Position numbers and translations under genes: made by a program. The notes beneath the pieces are model-generated. The model had not been told where the DNA came from, did no database searches, and saw only the letters and a program-made list of their open reading frames with translations. Below are positions 47,580 to 56,949 of a DNA stretch of 64,000 nt, piece after piece. This DNA comes from Candidatus Shapirobacteria bacterium (lineage in GTDB: Bacteria; Patescibacteriota; Microgenomatia; UBA12405): contig JALHFY010000001.1 of assembly GCA_022837635.1 (NCBI GenBank), positions 234,202 to 298,201 on the forward strand, read 5' to 3'. The first letter of the stretch is position 1, and each line of letters starts with the position of its first letter.

Positions 47580-48599
47580 ATGGTAGGAATGAACAAGAAA
47601 GAGCTGATTTGTACGATAGGTGGCGGAACTGGAATGCCGGTAGTTAACGAAGCTTTAGTCAAGGCAGGTTATGAAAATATCTGGTCAATAGTAACTACCT
47701 TTGATAATGGCGGTGATACCGGCAGAATGAGGACAGATGAGCGGGGACAAACCTTGGCTAATTCTGATTATTGGCGATCATTAATCTCTTTGTGGGATGA
47801 TGGAACTCAAAAAAAAGTTTGGGTAGAGATGCTTAAATATCGTGATGGTAGAGACAGGAATTTTGGTAACACTTTTTTTCAGTTTATGACGGAAAAAACC
47901 GGTTCATTGGATAAGGTTGATGATTTATTTAAGTCGTTAACAATGGCTGATTTACATGGTCATGTTATCCCCTCCTCTCTGTTTTCAGCCAATATGTCTT
48001 TTGAAACAAACAATGGCAAGGTCTATCATGGTGAAAAATTTTTAGACCAGCTGAGAATGTCTTCTGATGTGGTGAAAAAATTATGGTTGGAACCTAAGGT
48101 TAAGGTTAATCCTGAAGCAGTCAAAGCGTTAAAAAGGGCTAAAATGATTATTGTTTGTCCAGGCAGTATTTTTGGATCATTGATGGCTAATTTTTTAGTC
48201 GATGGATTCAAGGAAGCTTTTAATCAAAGTCGAGCTAAAAAGATTTTAATGGTAAATTTGATGTCACAAGCCAATGAAGGTAATTTTGCCAATCAGTTGG
48301 AATATGAAGAATTGTTTAAGAAACATGTGGGAGTAAAATTTGACAGGATTTTAATGGCCGATTTAACTTGTCTTAATTCAAAGAAATTAGACAAATTACG
48401 TAAATTTTATGAGTTAGAGCATTCTAGAGAGGTAGAGTATGTGGAAGATGAAAGAACATTTTTAGAGGATTTGGCAACAATTGATGAAAAAAATTGGAGA
48501 TTGCGTCATAGTACTCAAAAATTAGCCCGTTTTTTTGCTAGAATGAGCTATGTCTCAAAAGAGATTAAGAAAGATAAAAAAAGAAAAAATAGAAACTAG
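47580..48599 (+). CDS. YvcK/CofD (UPF0052) family protein: gluconeogenesis-factor / 2-phospho-L-lactate-transferase-like
   Basis: IGGGTGMPVV......TTFDNGGDTGRMR, ..HGHVIPSS.., GEKFL, IVCPGSIFGSLMANFLV, LMVNLMSQANEG match the conserved blocks of the CofD/YvcK fold. Lys/Arg-rich C-terminal tail. Confidence 0.5.
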   Translation: MVGMNKKELICTIGGGTGMPVVNEALVKAGYENIWSIVTTFDNGGDTGRMRTDERGQTLANSDYWRSLISLWDDGTQKKVWVEMLKYRDGRDRNFGNTFFQFMTEKTGSLDKVDDLFKSLTMADLHGHVIPSSLFSANMSFETNNGKVYHGEKFLDQLRMSSDVVKKLWLEPKVKVNPEAVKALKRAKMIIVCPGSIFGSLMANFLVDGFKEAFNQSRAKKILMVNLMSQANEGNFANQLEYEELFKKHVGVKFDRILMADLTCLNSKKLDKLRKFYELEHSREVEYVEDERTFLEDLATIDEKNWRLRHSTQKLARFFARMSYVSKEIKKDKKRKNRN

Positions 48600-50280
48600 A
48601 AACAAGAAACCAGATACTAGAATATTGTTGCCGGGGGTGGTGGAGATTATTAGGAATAATTGGGTGTTTTTACTATTGACCTGTTTGGTGAGTTTGGTGT
48701 TGTATGCTAATGCCCTCAATGGTGCCTTTGTGTCTGATGATTATGCGACGGTACCCAACAATCCTTTGATTGGTGATTTTTGGGCAACGATGAAATCTTT
48801 CCCAGGAAACAGTATGGCCTTGAGTAATTATATTGTGTTTAAGTTTTTTGGTCACAGTAGCCCGGTACCTTATCATATTACTTCCTTATTGATATATATG
48901 TTGGTTTTAGTTTTGGCCTTGGTATTTATGGAGATAGTTTTTAAGAATAGATTACTAAGTCGGACAGCTGTTTTGATATTTGCTTTTCATCCAATTCATG
49001 TGGAGGCGGTCTCTTGGAATGCTGGGAGGATTTATTTAATTTTATCGGCTTATATGTTGTTATCGGTGATTAATTTAATTTATTTTCTAGACAGGGATAA
49101 GCCAAAATATTTGCTTTATGGAATGTTGTTTTTCTTGTTGGCTTTATTGACTGATCGGCCTCGCCCTTTTGCAATATTTTTAATTATTATCTTGTATTTA
49201 ACTTCACAACAAAACTGGGATATTTTGAAAAAATACAAAAAATATTATTGGTTAGTATTAGTCAGTTTACTGATTTCAGTTTTAATCAGTTTGCCATTGA
49301 TTAATAGTAGAATCGGGGCGGTAAATAGCGGCATTAATGCTTCTGGAAGTATTTTTTATAATCCAATTTTGCAATATCCGGTTTCGGTAACTAAATATTT
49401 ACAGTTGTTATGGGCACCTTTGAATTTAACTTTGTATCACACAATGTATGTTTTACCGACTTGGTTAAATTGGTTGATTACTTTGAATTATTTGGCTTTA
49501 TTGGTTTATTTTTACATTAAAGATAAAAGATATTTTTTCGCCTTGGCTTTTATTTTTGTAGCTACAGCTCCGTCGATGGCACCAATAAAGGTTAGTTGGT
49601 TGGTAGCGGAAAGATATATGTTTTTAGGTAGTCTGGGTTTTTGTTTGTTTTCGGCTTTGATATTAACTGATCTATGGAAAAAATCGAAGTTTTTAAGTTC
49701 TTTATTATTGATTTTATTGTTGGCTTTTTATGGCTGGCGAGTTTACCAAAGAAATATAGACTGGAGTACAAATCATAATTTATGGGTTAATACTTGTCAG
49801 GTGTCACCAAATAGTCACAATGCTTGGAATAATATTGGTGATGATTACGATAAATTGGGTCAGTTAGAAAATGCTATTAAAGGTTTTACTCAATCGGTTT
49901 TAACAAGACCAAATTATGCTGATGCTTATCATAATCGGGGTAATATATTTTATAAGATGAAAAGATTAGATTTAGCCAAAGAGTCTTATGAAACTGCAGT
50001 AAGGATTAATCCTAATTTATATCAAACTTATTTGGCTTTGGCTCAAATTGCTTTTGAGAGTCGAAATCCAAAATTAGCAAAGGAAAACTTGGAGAAATAC
50101 ATACGTTTTGATCAAAGTAATATTCAGGCTTATTATAGTTATGCTTTGGCTCAGGCTCAGTTGGGAGAAATAGAAGAAGCCAAGAAATTGTTAAAGGAGA
50201 TTTTAACAGTTTATCCAAATTTGGTACCGGTCAAAGAGTCTTTGAAGGTATTGGAGAACGGAATCAGTTTGACTAATTAA
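48550..50280 (+). CDS. Polytopic membrane protein with C-terminal TPR repeats (TMTC/PMT-like GT-C candidate)
   Basis: 576 aa. About 11 TM helices with an acidic SDDYATVP motif in the first loop. C-terminal ~170 aa contain at least 4 TPR-like repeats (AWNNIGDDYDKLGQLENAIKGF...ADAYHNRGNIFYKMKRLDLAKESYETAVRINP...YLALAQIAF..). The first 50 nt overlap the upstream gene. Confidence 0.5.
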   Translation: MSQKRLRKIKKEKIETRNKKPDTRILLPGVVEIIRNNWVFLLLTCLVSLVLYANALNGAFVSDDYATVPNNPLIGDFWATMKSFPGNSMALSNYIVFKFFGHSSPVPYHITSLLIYMLVLVLALVFMEIVFKNRLLSRTAVLIFAFHPIHVEAVSWNAGRIYLILSAYMLLSVINLIYFLDRDKPKYLLYGMLFFLLALLTDRPRPFAIFLIIILYLTSQQNWDILKKYKKYYWLVLVSLLISVLISLPLINSRIGAVNSGINASGSIFYNPILQYPVSVTKYLQLLWAPLNLTLYHTMYVLPTWLNWLITLNYLALLVYFYIKDKRYFFALAFIFVATAPSMAPIKVSWLVAERYMFLGSLGFCLFSALILTDLWKKSKFLSSLLLILLLAFYGWRVYQRNIDWSTNHNLWVNTCQVSPNSHNAWNNIGDDYDKLGQLENAIKGFTQSVLTRPNYADAYHNRGNIFYKMKRLDLAKESYETAVRINPNLYQTYLALAQIAFESRNPKLAKENLEKYIRFDQSNIQAYYSYALAQAQLGEIEEAKKLLKEILTVYPNLVPVKESLKVLENGISLTN

Positions 50281-50960
50281 TTCTTTTGAATTAAAAAAAC
50301 AAATTGAGGCGCTAACAGAGTTGGAAAAATAGGTAAAAAACTATATAGAGTGCCGGCGGGAAAAATTTTTAGGATTTTTAATTGAGGAAATTGTTGAATC
50401 AATTGTCTGGCGGTTTTTAGAGTGTAAAAATGGAGGTGTGTTTGATCCATGACACCGCCGTGATCAGAATAATTAAAATTGCCAAAGAGGTGAGATAGAC
50501 GGAAAGGTAATTGAGCAATGTTTGGCAGAGAAATAATGATAAAAGCATTTTTTTTGGCTTTGGGAATAATTTGTTTGAGTGTATGGCTGGGATTAACCAA
50601 GTGTTCTAAGACATCAGCTAAAACAATAAGATCATAATGGTTGGGAATTTTTTTAATATCTTGACTCTTATTTAAATCAAGTGCTAAGAATTTATGACAA
50701 TGTTTGCGAGCAGACTGGAAATAAAAAGAGTTGTTTTCCACACCGGTAACGAGATGTTTACCTTGAGTTAATTTGGCAATGTTGCCACCGGCGCAACCCA
50801 GATCAAGAATATGACTTTTAGTTGGTAAATATTGGTGAATAATATTGGAGATAATATTATGAACTCGAAAACGAAATTTAGTGTCTAAGAGTGGATAATG
50901 AAATCGTGTCATAGGAAAATTTGTTGATAAAGAAAAGTGGCGTGTTTGCGCCAGTCCCAT
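50277..50960 (-). CDS. Class I SAM-dependent methyltransferase
   Basis: ILDLGCAGGNIAKL (motif I), LIVLADVLEHLVNP, 227 aa. Confidence 0.7.
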   Translation of the reverse strand: MGLAQTRHFSLSTNFPMTRFHYPLLDTKFRFRVHNIISNIIHQYLPTKSHILDLGCAGGNIAKLTQGKHLVTGVENNSFYFQSARKHCHKFLALDLNKSQDIKKIPNHYDLIVLADVLEHLVNPSHTLKQIIPKAKKNAFIIISLPNIAQLPFRLSHLFGNFNYSDHGGVMDQTHLHFYTLKTARQLIQQFPQLKILKIFPAGTLYSFLPIFPTLLAPQFVFLIQKN

Positions 50961-52102
50961 TCATTTTTAATTAAAGCGAGAGCTTGACGGGAATATTTTT
51001 GATAGAGAATTGGATCTTCTAAAAGTCGAATAATATTTTTAGCAAATTGTTTTTGATTGTGAAGAGGAGTTTTGATCATCCCTTGAGAATAATAGGTTTT
51101 AAGGGCTGGTAAATCATAAGAAACACCGGGTAGAGCAAAGGCCATGGCTTCGGCAGCACTCATGCCACCACTATCAAAAATAGCCGGATGTAAGACAATT
51201 TTAGAATTGGCAAAGATTTGGTATTTCTTGGTCGCATGTTGAAAACCAAAATAAGAAATATTTTTTTGGAGTTTTAGTTTTTTGATTTTATTAAGCATTT
51301 GCTCTTTAAGTTGACCATCACCAATGATAGCCAGTTTAGCGGAGGGGATTTTGGAAATGACCAATTGCCAAATATCAATCATGCCCAAGACGCCCTTTTG
51401 GGGATGGAGTCGTCCTTGAAACACCGCCGCAAATTGACGTCGATTGACAGGAATTTTTTTAATTTTTTGAGAATGACTTAAATCAACTCCCCCACGAACA
51501 ATGATGGTTTTCTTGCCGGGAAAATATTTTTGATCGGGTTGAGAGGTGATTAAAATAAAATCGGCGTATTTATTGGCTAACTTTAGAGATAATTTTTGAG
51601 AAAAATAATAAAGATAATTTTTTAACAATTGGTCTTGGTAAGGTGAGTCCGGAGAAGAGGCTTTGGGGACAATCAAATAATAGCCACAAAGCCACCGACC
51701 TTGAGGATTGACTAATTTATATAACAGACCAAAGAGAAAATCCGGCCAAAAATCAGAAGCGGTATAACAATAGTCACTGGTTTTAAAAATTTTAAGATCT
51801 CTGATAAAGGCGATTAATCCCATGGTAAGTCGGCGGAGTTGGTGCCAAAGAAGGTTGATGACAGTAGCCTGGTAGTGAGGATTAAAGGTGTCAGTTTGAA
51901 GAAATTTAGTTTTAATTTGGTTTAATTTAAGCAAATGGCGAGCTTCAGCACTACCCCAGAGAGTAATATCTAAACGAGTTGACCAATATTTAATAAAATT
52001 TAAATAAATAGTGTCACCACCACTTTGAACCGGGCCAAGATTGTTGTTACTAATAATGACAAGACTTTTCTTTTTCATAAAGACCTGGCACAATTTTAGC
52101 AA
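50909..52102 (-). CDS. Glycosyltransferase family 4-like
   Basis: C-terminal HPAIFDSGGMSAAEAMAFALPGVSYDLPAL, 397 aa. Confidence 0.6.
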   Translation of the reverse strand: MLKLCQVFMKKKSLVIISNNNLGPVQSGGDTIYLNFIKYWSTRLDITLWGSAEARHLLKLNQIKTKFLQTDTFNPHYQATVINLLWHQLRRLTMGLIAFIRDLKIFKTSDYCYTASDFWPDFLFGLLYKLVNPQGRWLCGYYLIVPKASSPDSPYQDQLLKNYLYYFSQKLSLKLANKYADFILITSQPDQKYFPGKKTIIVRGGVDLSHSQKIKKIPVNRRQFAAVFQGRLHPQKGVLGMIDIWQLVISKIPSAKLAIIGDGQLKEQMLNKIKKLKLQKNISYFGFQHATKKYQIFANSKIVLHPAIFDSGGMSAAEAMAFALPGVSYDLPALKTYYSQGMIKTPLHNQKQFAKNIIRLLEDPILYQKYSRQALALIKNEWDWRKHATFLYQQIFL

Positions 52103-52810
52103 ATGAGAAATTCTTTGAAAGAGTCAGCTACTGACCGATTGGGAGCTAGAAATCAGGCATTTTTAAGATTTGTCGGTAAAGATAAAATTAAAAATAAAAT
52201 AATTTTAGATATTGGTTGCGGTTTGGCTTGGTTTGAATATCAAAACAGAAAAAAAGCAAAAAAGATTTGGGCGATAGATAAGGACGGAAAACATATCGAG
52301 CAAAATAAAAAATTATTAAAGGATAAAAATGTAGTATTTACAAAAGGAAGTGCCTTGAAAATTCCTTTAGAAAATGAAAGTGTAGAGGTGATAGTGGCCA
52401 GTGAAGTAATCGAACATCTTCCTAAAAAGACAGAGACAATTTTTTTTAGAGAAGCAAGGAGAGTTTTAAAAAAGAAAGGCGATTTGTTTTTGAGTACTCC
52501 AAATAATCATTTGATGGCTAAATTGTTTGATCCGGCTTGGTATTTTGGACATAGGCATTATGATTATAAAAAACTTAGAAAAATAGCTGAGACAGAGGGA
52601 TTACAAATGAAGGCTTATCAAATTAATGGTGCTTGGTGGAGTCTCTTGGGACTAATAAATATGTATGTGGCTAAATGGGTGTTTGGAAGAAGAAAATTCT
52701 GGGAAAATTTTTTTGAAGAAAGAGAATTAAAAGAAAGTAGGAGTTCAGGTTTTATGAATTTATTTATCGCTTTTGAAAAAAAAGAAGGTGATGGTGAGAA
52801 AAAATCTTAA
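52103..52810 (+). CDS. Class I SAM-dependent methyltransferase
   Basis: ILDIGCGLAWFEY (motif I), VIVASEVIEHLP, KGDLFLSTPN. Confidence 0.7.
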   Translation: MRNSLKESATDRLGARNQAFLRFVGKDKIKNKIILDIGCGLAWFEYQNRKKAKKIWAIDKDGKHIEQNKKLLKDKNVVFTKGSALKIPLENESVEVIVASEVIEHLPKKTETIFFREARRVLKKKGDLFLSTPNNHLMAKLFDPAWYFGHRHYDYKKLRKIAETEGLQMKAYQINGAWWSLLGLINMYVAKWVFGRRKFWENFFEERELKESRSSGFMNLFIAFEKKEGDGEKKS

Positions 52811-53543
52811 GAGGAGAATGATTGAGAATTCGATCAAAAAGACGGGTTAAAGGATAAAGTGAATTAATCATTTTTTGAGCAAATGGAAATGGTGCTATTT
52901 GTGGAAAAAAGTCAGTTTTAGCTGAGGAAATCAATAAATAATCTTTTTTAGGAAAGAGATTAAGCAGGTCTTTGAGACTATATCTAACATCATGACTTTT
53001 AATTAAAAGTTCACTCAGAGCTAGTTGTTCTGGGGTTCTGGCAATAACTAAATAGGCTCCAGGTTTTAAGACTTTCTTAATTTCAGCCAAAATTGATTTC
53101 ATTTTATTTGGATGGACATGTTCGATTACAGCGTGAGCAAAAACTAAATCAAAACTAGATTGAGGATAATTGAGATTTTTTCCATCAAAAAAATTAAATT
53201 TGAGGTTTTTTTTGTTTTTAGATAAAAGATTCCAAAGTTTTTGTTGGGCCATTTTACCATTGTGATGAAATTGAGTACTATCAGATTCAAAAACGTCAAC
53301 GGCTTGAACTTGATAGTTTTTGGATAAAAGGAAACTAGTTAAACCACTACCGCAGCCAAGGTCTAGAATTTTTTTCCCTGGGGGAATTAGATTATCTAGT
53401 TGATTAATAATATCTAAAGTGCCAGTGACGTAAGGGCGGGAATCAAAAAGAAAATCATGAGGAGTCAAAGAATTGCGTTTAAGAATATTAAAAAACGACT
53501 GTAAATCATGTTGTGTAACCGGTCGAAACTTTATTGTCGCCAT
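52764..53543 (-). CDS. Class I SAM-dependent methyltransferase
   Basis: ILDLGCGSGLTSFLL (motif I), LVFAHAVIEHV, KPGAYLVIARTP. Convergent with and overlapping 52103-52810 by 47 nt. Confidence 0.7.
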   Translation of the reverse strand: MATIKFRPVTQHDLQSFFNILKRNSLTPHDFLFDSRPYVTGTLDIINQLDNLIPPGKKILDLGCGSGLTSFLLSKNYQVQAVDVFESDSTQFHHNGKMAQQKLWNLLSKNKKNLKFNFFDGKNLNYPQSSFDLVFAHAVIEHVHPNKMKSILAEIKKVLKPGAYLVIARTPEQLALSELLIKSHDVRYSLKDLLNLFPKKDYLLISSAKTDFFPQIAPFPFAQKMINSLYPLTRLFDRILNHSPLKIFSHHHLLFFQKR

Positions 53544-54583
53544 TGATTTCTATCCAGAGATTTTAATAAACCCAGTTTATGTTTAATAGTAGTGGTAGCA
53601 TAAACGATAACAGTGACAAAACAAGCCAAAGGGTGAAAAAACCAGGCTGGATCGGGTTTTTTAATAAAACCACGGATGGCATCAAAGAGCGAGGGGAAAA
53701 TTAAGATACTGTATAGGGTGAAAGGGATAATTTTATTATTGGCACGACTCCATTGATATTGGCGATGGGCTTTGTAAGTGTAATAGTCGGTGACGCGACG
53801 TTGTTGTTTTTTGATGAATTTGGAAATAGAAGATTCACAAAAAGTGTGAATAATCCCCTCTTTAACCTTGGCAAAATAGAGAGGTGTTTTGGCGGCGGCC
53901 AGAATATCAATATCAAACAGATAATCGCCACTAAAGTTTTTCTGTAAAAAATCTTTTCGAAAGATAGTACCATTGGCACCAATAGTGGGAATTAAGGCGG
54001 GATTGTCAATTTTTAGTTTTAAGTAATTATCTTTATCTTCGCTTTTAATGGGTAAGCCGGTCCATTTATTAGAAAGATAACTGTATCGATCATAATTGCC
54101 GGTAAAATAGGAATAAGGATCATTGACACCTAAAAGAGCACTGTAACGTTCTATAAAACCGCCATGGGGACGATAAGTGAAACGAATGGGTTCTGAACCG
54201 ATAATGTCTTTGTCAGCAAAAGGTATCAGCATATTATCAAACCAGTTGGAGTGAGGTAAAAAATTGTCAGAGTCAATCAGAGCCACAAATTTTCCGGCAG
54301 CTTTTTTTAGACCAAGAGCTTTGCCAGCTTCAGCAGTTTTTAAGGAATTCTGAAAAATTTGACAATGATATTTTTTAGCAATTTTTAAGGTGTTATCGGT
54401 AGAGCCACCGTCCAGAATCAGGATTTCATAATCTTTGAATTTTTGTTTATCAATAGCCCGAAGACAATGAGTTAAGACTCTTTGGGCGTTAAGGGTGGGA
54501 ATGATGATAGAGAGCTTAGGAGAAGTCACGGAGTTTTTTGAGATATTTAACGGTATAAGTGAAGAGGAATTTGACATCATCAA
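53531..54583 (-). CDS. Glycosyltransferase family 2
   Basis: LSIIIPTLNAQRVLTHCLRAIDKQKFKDYEILILDGGSTDNT...ALIDSDNF. Confidence 0.75.
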   Translation of the reverse strand: MMMSNSSSLIPLNISKNSVTSPKLSIIIPTLNAQRVLTHCLRAIDKQKFKDYEILILDGGSTDNTLKIAKKYHCQIFQNSLKTAEAGKALGLKKAAGKFVALIDSDNFLPHSNWFDNMLIPFADKDIIGSEPIRFTYRPHGGFIERYSALLGVNDPYSYFTGNYDRYSYLSNKWTGLPIKSEDKDNYLKLKIDNPALIPTIGANGTIFRKDFLQKNFSGDYLFDIDILAAAKTPLYFAKVKEGIIHTFCESSISKFIKKQQRRVTDYYTYKAHRQYQWSRANNKIIPFTLYSILIFPSLFDAIRGFIKKPDPAWFFHPLACFVTVIVYATTTIKHKLGLLKSLDRNQWRQ

Positions 54584-56027
54584 AATTGCGAATAGAAAAA
54601 ATTTTTTTGATTAAAAATTTGGGAGTTAAGACACCATGAAAAAGTTCACGAATAATTTTTTTAATTTCTTCGTCAGTAAAAGGAGATTTCATGACTGGTT
54701 GACGCATATCAAAATCATCCCAATCTGTAGTTAACAACCAATCATTGTCGAGACATTGTTGATAGAGAGGGGTGCCGGGATAAGGAATGAGAATGGTGGC
54801 CTGCATACTATCCGCTAGTCCGTCTCGAAAAAGACTCTTGGCTTCATTGAGGGTTTTATAAGCATTTTGCTTGCTTTCCCAAGGATAACCAATCATGATA
54901 GTCAAATGAGGTTCTAAACCGGCTTTTTTAGCCATAATTAAGCTTTTGCGAGCGTCAGCAACTTTAGTGTTTTTATGGATGAAATCGAGAGTTTTTTGAT
55001 TGGATGATTCAAGTCCGTAAAGGACAAAACGGAAACCAGCTTGTCTCATTAAATTGTATTGTTCTTGACTGAGAGCGGCAAAACGCATATTGCAACCAAT
55101 AACGACTTTTTTATGGAGACCTCGCTGAATAAGTTGATGACACAGTTCTGTCAGCCAGGGACCAATAGGGAGACTACCACTATCATCAAAAATTTCTCGG
55201 ACCCCTAAAGAAACTAAATTTTCAATTTCTTTGATGGTATGGGTCACGGAAAAAGTTCTAAAAGTGCCAGCAGGATAAGTAGTGGTCCAGGAGCAAAAAG
55301 TACAGCGGCCCCACCAACAATCACGGCCGGACATAATGTAAGCGCCAGGTTTGTACTTAAAATTGGTATTTTCTTGGCCGTATAATTTCCATTTAGTTAG
55401 TTTTCGGTCGATAATAGGTAGAGTGTCTAAGTTGTGGTGTTTTAGGGCAAATTTACCAGTATTTAGAACTTTAGAACTATAGTTTTTTTGAGTTTTAGAG
55501 CGATAATAGAAACCGGGTTCGAGTTTAGTTTTATGAACTAAATGCTCGACTAGGTTAATCATCATGAAATCATAATCACCACCAGTGATGACATAGTCGA
55601 CTTTGGAATTTAAGAAGGATTCTTTGGGTAAAGCAGTGACATGATCTCCCATTAAAACAACAATGGAACGAGGTAGAAATTTTTTAATATGATTAATAAT
55701 CTGCCAATGTTTTTTAATAACTGGAGTTTTGGATTCGATGAAAATAATTTTAGGTTTTCTTTTTAAGAGACGATTAAACCATTTTTGATAAGGAATTTTT
55801 TCAGCAATAGCATCATCCCAATAGACCCGATAATCTTTTTGTTTCAAAGCGGTGGCTCCATAAGCGGGAATGACTGGAAGAATGACATTACCGGTATTAG
55901 TCCATTGAAATTGACGGTTTTGAGAAAGAAAAGGGATACCTTTATCGGATTCTAAAGGGGGAGAGGAAAAAGAGATAGAAAATTTTTTAACCGCCGATAT
56001 ATTGGCCGGTTTTTTTGTCAACTTCAT
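54516..56027 (-). CDS. Radical SAM enzyme with N-terminal cobalamin-binding-like domain (class B rSAM-like), non-canonical Cx4Cx2C cluster motif
   Basis: N-terminal Rossmann-like block KIIFIESKTPVIKKHWQIINHIKKFLPRSIVVLMGDHVTALPKE...VDYVITGGDYDF (B12-binding-domain-like). Cluster motif confirmed by hand translation: GRDCWWGRCTFCSW (C-x4-C-x2-C rather than C-x3-C-x2-C). 503 aa. Confidence 0.65.
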   Translation of the reverse strand: MKLTKKPANISAVKKFSISFSSPPLESDKGIPFLSQNRQFQWTNTGNVILPVIPAYGATALKQKDYRVYWDDAIAEKIPYQKWFNRLLKRKPKIIFIESKTPVIKKHWQIINHIKKFLPRSIVVLMGDHVTALPKESFLNSKVDYVITGGDYDFMMINLVEHLVHKTKLEPGFYYRSKTQKNYSSKVLNTGKFALKHHNLDTLPIIDRKLTKWKLYGQENTNFKYKPGAYIMSGRDCWWGRCTFCSWTTTYPAGTFRTFSVTHTIKEIENLVSLGVREIFDDSGSLPIGPWLTELCHQLIQRGLHKKVVIGCNMRFAALSQEQYNLMRQAGFRFVLYGLESSNQKTLDFIHKNTKVADARKSLIMAKKAGLEPHLTIMIGYPWESKQNAYKTLNEAKSLFRDGLADSMQATILIPYPGTPLYQQCLDNDWLLTTDWDDFDMRQPVMKSPFTDEEIKKIIRELFHGVLTPKFLIKKIFSIRNFDDVKFLFTYTVKYLKKLRDFS

Positions 56028-56949
56028 GGGCCTTAAAATCTAGGTCAAGTTTAACAAAACCAAAAATAAATAGCAGACCGTAATAAAGATGGGTAACAGG
56101 AATAGTAATAATGGTTAAGATAAGTAGATAAATAGATAAATTGGGAATAGTTAGGAGTAAATGGATGATGGTGAAGAAGAGGGCGGTGAGATATAAGTAA
56201 AGAGGGATAAGGCAATGATGTAAGGGAAGAGTGAGGAGATAAATAAGAAACAAAGATGGAGCTAGATAGCCGATCTTGAAACTGGTTTTAGGAAATTTAC
56301 GAGCAAAAAGACCACGATGGAGAGCGTAGCGACTGATTTGTTTGAGATGTGGTAAGAAAACAGCGCGACGATGGTGATAAACCTGAATAGAAGGGTGATA
56401 ATAAATTTTTTCACCGTGATTAATTAAGTCGAGGCAAAGAATGGTGTCTTCTCCGGGCCAGTATTTTGATTGAAAACCACCAATTTGGTGAAAAACTTTT
56501 TTATTGACAGTCAGATTAACAGTGGGATAATCTTCGACAAAACGAGCTTTTTGAGGAGAATTGCGATAATGACCGGCTCCCCCACTACCTAAAAAAGAGG
56601 ACCAAAATAAACCAGAGGCTTGTTGATAAACATTGTCATCTTTGGGAGTTAGGGTGGGACCGCAAAAAGCGGCCCAATGAGGATGTTTTTTAATTTGGGT
56701 ATGTAAGTTTTTTAGCCAGTTACTTTTAGGGTAAGAATCGTCATCCAGAAAACAGAGAAATTGGCCTTTAGCTTTTTTGGCACCTAAATTTCTCTTAAAA
56801 GCAGGATCAGCTTTTTTAGAGATTTTATCGGTGATAACTAAAACTTCAAAGTTCTTAAAACTTTGTTTCTGGAGATAAGTTAAAGTTTCTCGAAGATAAT
56901 CATTCTCTTGTCTGACAGGGATAATAATCGAAAAGAAGAACTTTTTCAT
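55987..56949 (-). CDS. Glycosyltransferase family 2 with C-terminal transmembrane region
   Basis: FSIIIPVRQENDYLRETLTYLQKQSFKNFEVLVITD...FLDDDSY, followed by ~80 aa with 2-3 TM helices. Confidence 0.75.
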   Translation of the reverse strand: MKKFFFSIIIPVRQENDYLRETLTYLQKQSFKNFEVLVITDKISKKADPAFKRNLGAKKAKGQFLCFLDDDSYPKSNWLKNLHTQIKKHPHWAAFCGPTLTPKDDNVYQQASGLFWSSFLGSGGAGHYRNSPQKARFVEDYPTVNLTVNKKVFHQIGGFQSKYWPGEDTILCLDLINHGEKIYYHPSIQVYHHRRAVFLPHLKQISRYALHRGLFARKFPKTSFKIGYLAPSLFLIYLLTLPLHHCLIPLYLYLTALFFTIIHLLLTIPNLSIYLLILTIITIPVTHLYYGLLFIFGFVKLDLDFKAHEVDKKTGQYIGG

